From: Phycisphaerae bacterium
Lineage (GTDB): Bacteria; Planctomycetota; Phycisphaerae; SM23-33
DNA length: 28,052 bases
Direction of reading: 5' to 3'
Assembly: GCA_029933955.1 (NCBI GenBank)
Contig: JAOZNE010000004.1
Location: 1 to 28,052, forward strand
Shown here piece by piece: positions 17,872-24,986 of this stretch (position 1 is the stretch's first letter; each line of letters opens with the position of its first letter). The notes beneath the pieces are model-generated. The model did no database searches. It worked only from the letters and a program-made list of their open reading frames with translations, and was not told where the DNA came from. The position numbers and the translations under genes were made by a program.

Positions 17872-19058
17872 CTCGCCCCCCCAGCCCAGGCTTGGCGGGC
17901 GGCGGCGATAACTTCTCGCACCGCGACATGGTGGGCATCGGCCTGGGCCTGGCAGTCGACAAACTCCGGCGAGGCGGTTATCGCCCGCCCGTCAAGCCAA
18001 CCCAACTTGACGCGAATGGGCCCGAATGCCGTCTCGAGGGTTTCGATAGACCGGGTGAGCTTGGCTCGACAGGCCTCGCGCTGGCGGATGCCCAGCGTTG
18101 TGGTCTCGGTGAAAATTATTCGCTGGGCCTGGGCAAGGTCAGCTGGGTTGCACAGTGCGCAGAGAAGCCAGGCTGGGCGAGATTTTTTGGTAAACACCGG
18201 GCTGGCCCAGGCGTCGAGACAGCCCGCGGATATGAGCTTCTCGATGGTCGCTCCGAGAACCTCGCCGGTGCAGTCGTCGATGTTCGCTGCCAGCTCGATG
18301 ACGGTGTCCCCCTGGCCTGCCGGGCTGGGCTTGCCGAGGATTACCCGCAGCGCGTTTGGCAGGTTGGCGAAGCGACGCGTGCCAGCTCCATAGCCTATTG
18401 CTGATATTTCCATCGCCGGAGCCGGGCCAAAACCCTCCGCCAGTTCCGCGAATATCGCCGCTGCCGTCGGCGTGGTCAGCTCGCCGGTGCAATCAGCTGG
18501 GCCTGGACAGGTTTGTGCGCCGATGAGCAGCTCAGCCGTGGCTGGGGCCGGGACGGGCAAGGTGCCATGCTGACAGGTAATCGTGCCGCTGCCCAGCGGA
18601 ATGGCAGAGCAGAAAAGTTTGTCGATGCCCAACAGTTCCATCGCCACCGCTGTAGCGACGATGTCGACGATGCTGTCAGCTGCGCCGACCTCGTGGAAAT
18701 GCACCGCCTGGATATCGCAGCCATGCACCTTGGCTTCCGCTGCGCCAAGTCGCGTGAATATTCGCCTGGCCAGATCTGCAGCTTCGGGGGTCAGCTTGGC
18801 GTTGTCTATAAGTTCGAGGATGTCCCCCAGGTGTCGATGAGGCTGCCTGGCATGGGGGTCTATGTCTACTGAAAATTGCCCGCACACCAAGCCACCCAGC
18901 GTAACAGGCCCGAAGCGGACAGACACCCCGCCAAGCTTCAACTTGGCAAGCTCGCCCTCAAGGGCCTGGAAGCTAGCCCCTGCCGAAAGCAGGCTCGCGA
19001 CGATCATGTCGCCCGCTGCGCCGGTAAAACAATCGAAGTATGCAATAGCCATAGCCAA
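17868..19058 (-). CDS. larC: Nickel pincer cofactor biosynthesis protein LarC
   Basis: YFDCFTGAAGDM, HFHEVGAADSIVD, HGTLPVPAPAT, GELTTPT, GYGAG, ANIDD, ETTTLGIR. Confidence 0.92.
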   Translation of the reverse strand: MAMAIAYFDCFTGAAGDMIVASLLSAGASFQALEGELAKLKLGGVSVRFGPVTLGGLVCGQFSVDIDPHARQPHRHLGDILELIDNAKLTPEAADLARRIFTRLGAAEAKVHGCDIQAVHFHEVGAADSIVDIVATAVAMELLGIDKLFCSAIPLGSGTITCQHGTLPVPAPATAELLIGAQTCPGPADCTGELTTPTAAAIFAELAEGFGPAPAMEISAIGYGAGTRRFANLPNALRVILGKPSPAGQGDTVIELAANIDDCTGEVLGATIEKLISAGCLDAWASPVFTKKSRPAWLLCALCNPADLAQAQRIIFTETTTLGIRQREACRAKLTRSIETLETAFGPIRVKLGWLDGRAITASPEFVDCQAQADAHHVAVREVIAAARQAWAGGAR

Positions 19059-19099
19059 ACTTTATCACGAATAGCTACAAAAAACAAAAACAGAAAAAA

Positions 19100-19122
19100 C
19101 ATGGGCAAGATGCCCACGCTAC
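19100..19122 (-). repeat. GTAG-type REP sequence
   Basis: Minus strand GTAG-CGTGGGC-ATCTT-GCCCATG: GTAG tetranucleotide followed by a 7-bp GC-rich hairpin. Confidence 0.65.
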
Positions 19123-19234
19123 GGTCGGGTGGCGGCCGAGGCCGGGGTTAGCCTAAACCGCCTGGCCACCGTCAAGCTGTCCCACCGAAAAAATTCCGCT
19201 GACAAATTTTCGCCAGGCCTTGTGCCAGGCCTGC

Positions 19235-20215
19235 CTATAATTCTCCCGTGATTTCCTCGACGAAGTCTTTGACGGTAACGATTCCGACGTGTTGCCCCGC
19301 GCGGGTTACGATGGCGAAGACAGCTCGGCTGCGTTGCATTTGCACCAGAGCGTCGCGGATGTTGGCCTCTGCTGGGACGAACATAGGCTGCGTCATGAAC
19401 TCCGCCGGCGGGCGACTTTGCTCGTCAGCTAGCACGTCGTAAACGTCGACAACCCCGACGACCTGCCCAGCCTGGCCTATAAGAGGAAGACGAGAGAAAT
19501 CGTGCTTGCGAATAATCGTCAAAAAATCAGTCAGGCTAATATCTCGCGGAGCTGATACTACTTGCTCCATAGGCTGACAGACGTCTGCTACTTTCAGTTT
19601 GTCCATGTTCATGACCCGCCGGGCCATGTTCGTTTGCGACAGCGACAGCGCGCCGCTGGCTTGGCCTTCAGCCAGCACAGCTGATAGACCCTCGTGCCCT
19701 AACAGCGACGAGGCTTGTTTTTGGCCCAGCAAGGCTAGCAGCGCTCTGGAAACCAGCCTGACGAGATAGCTTAGGCCCGTGATTTTGAAGAAGATATCCG
19801 CTGCCCGCAGCACTGGCGTCAGACGGTAGATTAAGCTGCCCATGCGTTGGAAAACCAGCTTTGGCACGCTGTCGCCCAGGACGAACATCATGGGCGTTAT
19901 AATCGCCAGCGTGTAGAGTTCAGCCCGGTCTTCCCGCCCAGCTAACACTACCATGGCACTGACTGCGAAGGTTGCGAAGTAGTTGTGAATATTTGTACCC
20001 AGCAGCAACATAGCCAGGAGGTTGTCGCTGTTTCGCACCATGTTTCGCAGTGTTTTGGCCCTGGCCTGGCCTGCCTCTGCCCGCAGCGACAGTCGTACCT
20101 TGTTGGCCAAATAGACGCCCATTTCCAGCCCGCTGTACAAGGCTGCCAGGACGACATTCACCGCCAGGGCGGCAAGCCAGGCTATCCAGAGAAGCTCTTG
20201 CGACATCGCTAGCAT
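19235..20215 (-). CDS. CNNM/DUF21 + CBS domain membrane protein
   Basis: Likely ATG at 20215 after GGAGG, overlapping the upstream stop; YSGLEMG, MLLLGTN, GDSVPK, FSRLP, GIVTVKDFVEEITG. Confidence 0.88.
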   Translation of the reverse strand: MLAMSQELLWIAWLAALAVNVVLAALYSGLEMGVYLANKVRLSLRAEAGQARAKTLRNMVRNSDNLLAMLLLGTNIHNYFATFAVSAMVVLAGREDRAELYTLAIITPMMFVLGDSVPKLVFQRMGSLIYRLTPVLRAADIFFKITGLSYLVRLVSRALLALLGQKQASSLLGHEGLSAVLAEGQASGALSLSQTNMARRVMNMDKLKVADVCQPMEQVVSAPRDISLTDFLTIIRKHDFSRLPLIGQAGQVVGVVDVYDVLADEQSRPPAEFMTQPMFVPAEANIRDALVQMQRSRAVFAIVTRAGQHVGIVTVKDFVEEITGEL

Positions 20216-21486
20216 GTCAGGCCCTCCAGCAGTTTCAGCCTGACAGCTCCGACGCGTCGCCCAGCGACCTGCTCGACCGTAAACTGCAAATTCCCAAGCC
20301 TGCCCGTGTCGCCCATCTGGGGTATCCTGCCCAGCTGCCAAGCAACAAGCCCGCCGACTGTGCTGATGCGATGATGACTAAGATCGATGTTGAAAACCTC
20401 CGCCCAGTCGTGCACCGACAAGTCGCCGGAGATAATATATTCGTTTTGACGTATATGTTTCACCGGCTCGTCCAGCTGGGCTTGGCCTGGCTGGGGTATC
20501 TCGCCGACGATTTCCTCCAGCACATCTTTCAGCGTTATAAGCCCAGCCGATCCGCCGTACTCATCGACGACGATGGCTAGCTGCTTGCCAGTGGCGCGAA
20601 GTTGCGACAGTACCCTGTCCAGATTCGCAGAAGCTGGAATAAACGAGACAGGCTGAAGCAACTCTCGCAGGGGTGCCCCGGGGCGGAGCAGCAGATGCTT
20701 GGCATGGACGACGCCGAGGATGTTGTCGAGGTCTTTCTCGAAGACGGGCACCTTGCGGAGTCTGGTTTTGCGGAAAAGCCTGGCCAGGTTTGCCGGGTCG
20801 TCGTCGATATCGCAGGCGACCATGTCCACTCGCGGCACCATCACGTCGCAGGCCTTGATGTCGGTCAGCCCCATGATTTCCTGGAGCAACTCGCCGGCGT
20901 TGCGGTCGATGATGCCCGCCCGGGCAGATAGCTTCATCATTGCCGCAAGTTCCTCGGCACTGAGGATGTCGGTTTGCTCAGGCCTGGGCGCGACGATCTT
21001 GGCGATGGGCCCGACCAGCAAAGTTTCCAGCACCCACAAAGCGGGGACGAGCAGTTTTTGCGATGCCCACACAGGCCCGGCTGCCAGCGTGCTCCACTGC
21101 GGCGCCGCGGAGTAGGCTAGCATTTTCGGAATAACCTCGCCCAGGAGTATCACTGTCAACAAAGGCCCAGCCGAGGCTGCTATGAGTATCCAACTGGCTG
21201 CCCCGCTACGTTGCAGCTCCAGAACCATCACCGCTGCGGTGGCGGAGAAAGCGACGTTGACCGTCATATTTCCCAGTAGCAGCGTGTTCAAAAGCCGACG
21301 AGGCCGACGCCTCAGCTGCACCGCCAGGCGCGAAAAGACATTGTTGCTGCGGGCCAGGCTGTCGCGATGAGCGGCGCTGAGACAAAACAAAGCCGTCTCC
21401 GAACCACTGAAAAAAGCACTAGCCACCAGTAGCAGGCCCATCGACACAAACGTCCAGTCATAGCCTGTGATTTGAGCGAACATCAT
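20209..21486 (-). CDS. Hemolysin/CNNM family protein (DUF21-CBS-CorC_HlyC)
   Basis: SAFFSGSETALF, LLNTLLLGN, GEVIPK, VMVPRVD, VVDEYGG, GLITLKDVLEEIVGEI, C-terminal CorC domain. Confidence 0.93.
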   Translation of the reverse strand: MMFAQITGYDWTFVSMGLLLVASAFFSGSETALFCLSAAHRDSLARSNNVFSRLAVQLRRRPRRLLNTLLLGNMTVNVAFSATAAVMVLELQRSGAASWILIAASAGPLLTVILLGEVIPKMLAYSAAPQWSTLAAGPVWASQKLLVPALWVLETLLVGPIAKIVAPRPEQTDILSAEELAAMMKLSARAGIIDRNAGELLQEIMGLTDIKACDVMVPRVDMVACDIDDDPANLARLFRKTRLRKVPVFEKDLDNILGVVHAKHLLLRPGAPLRELLQPVSFIPASANLDRVLSQLRATGKQLAIVVDEYGGSAGLITLKDVLEEIVGEIPQPGQAQLDEPVKHIRQNEYIISGDLSVHDWAEVFNIDLSHHRISTVGGLVAWQLGRIPQMGDTGRLGNLQFTVEQVAGRRVGAVRLKLLEGLTC

Positions 21487-21564
21487 AATCCCAGCTTTGA
21501 AAAATTATCGTAACGGTTCTTTTTGCTTTTACTGATAACTGACTACTGATGACGGATAACTTTT

Positions 21565-21828
21565 TCACTTATACCCTTCCACCGCGCCGGATGTGTATTT
21601 TTCGATAGCCTGGGCGAGGTCGACGTCGTTTATATTCGCTAGCGTGCAAAGCCAAGCCAACACGTCGGCGAACTCCTCTTCCTTGTTGGCCTGGTCGTCG
21701 CCAGCCAGGGCTGTCGCCAGCTCACCGACCTCTTCGATAAACCACATAAACGTCGCAGGCGTACCGCGGGCGCTGTCGGTAGTGTAGTATTTTTCGCGGA
21801 TGAATTTCTGGAACTCTTCGATAGTCAT
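21565..21828 (-). CDS. MazG-like nucleotide pyrophosphohydrolase (single domain)
   Basis: Start MTIEEFQ at 21828; EEVGELA and EEEFADV metal-binding motifs. Confidence 0.88.
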   Translation of the reverse strand: MTIEEFQKFIREKYYTTDSARGTPATFMWFIEEVGELATALAGDDQANKEEEFADVLAWLCTLANINDVDLAQAIEKYTSGAVEGYK

Positions 21829-21964
21829 CCCCCCATTGTCCGGTTTTAACCGGACCGCGTCAACAAAATGTCCCGCAACCACAACACAGTGCCGTGGTTG
21901 CGGTGTTTGCAATCACGACTGGGTAACCATGCCACCAGTCAACCAGTCAACCAACGATCGGATG

Positions 21965-22267
21965 TTACTCAGATTTGTTTTGCTCGACAAGTCGGCCTGT
22001 GTTCTCCGCGATCCGGAACATGACGATGATAAGCTCCAGCCAAATTCTCGCGAAAAGAACATAGAGAAGAAAAAACAATGGCGACAGCAGAAGCATAAAA
22101 ACTCCCATGGTGGCAGATTTGCTAAACCCGCTGATAATCAATCCAATTGTCCCCAAACCGACCATGACAATAGCTACGACAAATAAAGTCTTGATTACCC
22201 TTGTCGTTACAAATTCGGAAAAGGAGAAATCAAAAAGACTGCCTAGGAAACCTGTTTTTTCGCTCAT
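21965..22267 (-). CDS. DUF4282 family small membrane protein
   Basis: LFDFSFSEFVTTRVIK, two hydrophobic helices, RIWLELIIVMFRIAENT. Confidence 0.8.
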   Translation of the reverse strand: MSEKTGFLGSLFDFSFSEFVTTRVIKTLFVVAIVMVGLGTIGLIISGFSKSATMGVFMLLLSPLFFLLYVLFARIWLELIIVMFRIAENTGRLVEQNKSE

Positions 22268-22310
22268 GTTAATCCCTTTCAATATAGTGTTCTCTGTGAT
22301 ATGGAACAGA

Positions 22311-22357
22311 ACTTTATGCTCTTCATGGTGAATTTTTGTGTAGCTGTGAACGGTTAC
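22311..22357. repeat. GTGAACGGTTAC-ended repeat (half element), copy 2
   Basis: 36/37 identity with 7262-7298. Confidence 0.85.
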
Positions 22358-22553
22358 CGTTTTTCTTTAATGTCAAAGAGAGGATAAATGGCTATACGGG
22401 ACATTGCAACCGTGTTGCGGAAAAAATTGCGAAAAAAAAATTGCGGAAAAATCGTACGCTTTTATCAGACCGGGTGTTTGAGTATACTGACCGCCTGCGA
22501 CGAAGCTTATAATAAGCTGCGAGGATAACCTTCGCAGCTGACTGGAGACTGAT

Positions 22554-23621
22554 ATGCGAGTTTGTTTTATAGGCCCAAGTCAATCGGGCAAAACTGCGTT
22601 GTTCGCAGCCGTAGCTGGGGCGGGCGGGTCGAATGTGGATATATCCAGGCCAGACCAACCCCACCTGGCAGTGGTGAAAGTGCCCGATGCGCGACTGGCC
22701 TGGCTGAGTGAGCTGTACAATCCCAAGAAGACCACCCCCGCTGAGCTGGAGCTGCTGGACCTGCCGGGGATGGACCTTTCCGACGAAGCAGGCCGGGCCC
22801 GGGCCAAGGCCCATTGGCCCGCGATTCGACAGTCCGACATGCTGGTTTTCGTTGTGCGGAGTTTCACCAGTGACGAAGCTGCGCCATATCGAGGCCGGGT
22901 TGACGCCGCAGCTGATGTGCGGGAGTTGCTGGGAGAGATGCTCTTTGCCGACCTGGAACAGGTTACCGCACGGGTCGAGAAACTCGCCGACGCTGTGAAA
23001 AGACCCACGCCCAAACGCGACGAACAACAACGCGAACTGGAGCTGATGACCAGGCTCCAGGACGCTCTGGAAAACGAAACGCCGATATCCCAGGCTATAA
23101 AAACCGAGGCTGAGGATAAGCTGATTCGCAGCTTTGGGCTGTTTTCGCAGAAGCCCGCTCTGGTGGTGGTAAACTGCGACGAGGACGATCTAGCTGGGGC
23201 TGACACTATCGAGTCGTTGCCAGCCTTGCGACTTTCAGCCCGGATCGAGCAGGAGATATCCCAGCTGCCGCCGGAAGATCGCAACGAGTTCCTGGCGGAC
23301 CTGGGCCTGGCTGAGCCAGCCTGCGACAGACTCATCCGAGCCTGCTATCAGCGGATGAAACTCATCAGCTTCCTCACCAGCGGCCAGGACGAGTGTCGCG
23401 CCTGGACGATATCAGCAGGCACAGAGGCCGTAGAGGCAGCTGGGAAAATCCACTCGGATATCGCGCGGGGATTCATTCGCGCAGAGACAGTTGCCTACGA
23501 AGACTTTCACGCAGCCAAGGGCAGTATGAAAGACGCCAAAGCCGCGGGAAAAGTACGGCTGGAGGGCAAGACCTACTCAGTACAAGACGGCGATATCATA
23601 AACTTCCGATTCAATGTTTGA
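22554..23621 (+). CDS. ychF: YchF/Obg-family P-loop NTPase with C-terminal TGS (DUF933) domain, divergent
   Basis: GPSQSGKT P-loop, VKVPDARL, DLPG, RAWTI, AAGKIHSDIARGFIRAE, RLEGKTYSVQDGDIINFRFNV; GGAG RBS. Confidence 0.85.
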   Translation: MRVCFIGPSQSGKTALFAAVAGAGGSNVDISRPDQPHLAVVKVPDARLAWLSELYNPKKTTPAELELLDLPGMDLSDEAGRARAKAHWPAIRQSDMLVFVVRSFTSDEAAPYRGRVDAAADVRELLGEMLFADLEQVTARVEKLADAVKRPTPKRDEQQRELELMTRLQDALENETPISQAIKTEAEDKLIRSFGLFSQKPALVVVNCDEDDLAGADTIESLPALRLSARIEQEISQLPPEDRNEFLADLGLAEPACDRLIRACYQRMKLISFLTSGQDECRAWTISAGTEAVEAAGKIHSDIARGFIRAETVAYEDFHAAKGSMKDAKAAGKVRLEGKTYSVQDGDIINFRFNV

Positions 23622-23624
23622 ACG

Positions 23625-23697
23625 CCGCAACGTTTGGGATAACCCGCCAGTAAAACGCGCAGCGTTTTACTGGTCGGCGTTCATCCCGTTGTTATGC
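23625..23697 (-). other. Integron attC site (73 bp)
   Basis: Minus strand GCATAAC-AACGG-GATGAAC-GCCGACCAGTAAAACGC-TGC-GCGTTTTACTGGCGG-GTTATC-CCAAAC-GTTGCGG: R'', 5-nt spacer, L'' with extra G, central stem with one bulge, L', 6-nt spacer, R'. Confidence 0.88.
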
Positions 23698-24291
23698 TTT
23701 TCTTCACGCTTTCCGGGAATAGACACTCGGACAAAATTGTGACCAAATCTGATGTTAAAAATACTGGTCATAAGCACAAAATTATCGACGGTTCCTGCTA
23801 CGTGTTCGATTATTGAAGAGGGGAACGAAAGCCTGCCGGAGGCGACGTAAGTCGGCCATGGAAAGTAGCGACGGCGTAAGAGTGTGACATGATAAACATC
23901 ATCGTTTTCGGAATGAAGAACATCCTCCATCATATCATCCAGTAGTGGGTCGCCGCCGTAGCCGCCAATCGTGGCGTTCTTTGTGATACGACCATACGCA
24001 TCGAGGAAAAGAGGGAATAATGTGCGTGCTTCTTCATTCCACCACGACCGAAAAGTATATTCCTTATTAAAGTCGTCGGGACGGGTAATGAGATAATTCT
24101 TGAGGTACGCGAACATCTTCCGCTCGTACGTCTTGCGTGTGGCAGGGCTGACATTGTAACCGACGACGTCTATTGCGTTGCCTTCGGCAAGGCGCCGCAC
24201 CAAATCGGTTTCCTCCTCGTTGGTGAGAACGATATGAATACCTCTATAACTCCAATAGAACATAATGTAATCTTATCTCCCTAAAGCATAA
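23631..24291 (-). mobile_element. Integron gene cassette (single), no intI in window
   Basis: Begins G|TTATGC at 24292-24286, the exact complement of the attC R'' GCATAAC; one promoterless ORF; ends at the attC G|TT. Confidence 0.82.
23667..24263 (-). CDS. Hypothetical cassette protein (198 aa)
   Basis: Fills the cassette, has GGGAG upstream and its stop lies within attC; visibly more AT-rich than neighbouring genes; no family recognised. Confidence 0.75.
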   Translation of the reverse strand: MFYWSYRGIHIVLTNEEETDLVRRLAEGNAIDVVGYNVSPATRKTYERKMFAYLKNYLITRPDDFNKEYTFRSWWNEEARTLFPLFLDAYGRITKNATIGGYGGDPLLDDMMEDVLHSENDDVYHVTLLRRRYFPWPTYVASGRLSFPSSIIEHVAGTVDNFVLMTSIFNIRFGHNFVRVSIPGKREEKHNNGMNADQ

Positions 24292-24319
24292 CAGTTATTC
24301 TACGACGTTGATTCTTTGG

Positions 24320-24348
24320 AGATTAGCATGGGGCGGAGTCAGATGCAA
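24320..24348 (-). promoter_or_regulatory. Putative Pc-like sigma-70 promoter facing the cassette
   Basis: TTGCAT (24348-24343), 17 nt, TAATCT (24325-24320) with an extended TGn, about 28 nt before the crossover G|TT. Confidence 0.4.
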
Positions 24349-24413
24349 CACTGACTGTATGACTGGTTTTTTGGCTGTAAAACGGGTGGTTGTCGCATGA
24401 TATGCTGTGTATG

Positions 24414-24446
24414 AAAAAACCGCGCCGCAGGGCTGGTGGCGTGGTT
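24414..24446 (-). terminator. Possible intrinsic terminator after the tkt/DUF2442 unit
   Basis: AACCGCGCC...GGCGTGGTT 9-bp stem flanked by A6 on + (T run on minus); one pair is a mismatch on the minus strand. Confidence 0.35.
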
Positions 24447-24502
24447 ATGTTATTTGACAGAAAGATTAGTTTTGGGGTGCCGATTGTTTTTTATCAAAAA
24501 GA

Positions 24503-24633
24503 AAATCCGTGTAATCTCTTTTTAATCCCGTGAAATCCGTGGACTCCTTTTTTCCTATTGCCTATTTGCCTATTTGCCTATTGCCTATTGCCTATTTGCC
24601 TATTGCCTAATCCCTACTTGCCTATTTGCCTAC
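24503..24633. repeat. Composite repeat: CACGGAT block plus (TAGGCAA)n heptamer tract
   Basis: ATCCCGTGAAATCCGTGGACTCCTTTTT at 24525-24552, then about 10 CCTATT(T)G units at 24554-24633. Confidence 0.9.
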
Positions 24634-24925
24634 TTGCGTGTCTTGAGCCAGCGGTCTAGCGACGATTGACTTTCACCAGACGGTTGCCCCGCAACGAGAC
24701 CAGCTACGCTGATGTCCTCGTCGAGATCAGGCCAGTGTATTCCCTCTCCACGCCCAATAAGACTATAATTCTCCCGCTCTGATGGGAGGCCATGCAACAG
24801 TCGTGGATACCATGCCAGCGGGACAGAAATTGTGCGCCCGTCAGTAAGCTCAACCGTGAGGTTGTCCGCGGTTACAGACACAGACTGCGCAACAGAGATT
24901 TTACTTCAACAGCCAAAGTATTCAT
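24630..24925 (-). pseudogene. DUF2442 family protein (antitoxin-like), frameshifted near the 5' end
   Basis: LTDGRTISVPLAWYPRL and GEGIHWPDLDEDISV motifs. ATG 24925 gives MNTLAVEVK and then falls out of frame at an A4 run; adding one A restores MNTLAVEVKISVAQSVSVTADNLTV. A GTG restart at 24881 is possible. Confidence 0.6.
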
Positions 24926-24983
24926 CCCGTGAAATCCGTGGACTCCTTTTTCACTATTGCCTACTCCCTATCTGCCTGTTGCC
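24924..24983. repeat. Second copy of the composite repeat
   Basis: Identical 28-mer at 24924-24951, followed by degenerate CTATTGCCTACTCCCTATCTGCCTGTTGCC. Confidence 0.88.
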
Positions 24984-24986
24984 TGA

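Noticed and set aside
22483-22539. ychF promoter/operator (TATAAT inside palindrome AGCTTATAATAAGCT, plus a leader hairpin)
   Set aside because: No -35 at a proper spacing and no way to assign a regulator; too weak to call.
24411-24530. Short + strand ORF starting MKKPR as an intI remnant
   Set aside because: It does not continue with LLDQVR-like residues, coincides with a hairpin and ends in repeats.
24554-24633. CRISPR array
   Set aside because: Contiguous 7-8-nt units without spacers, and no cas genes.
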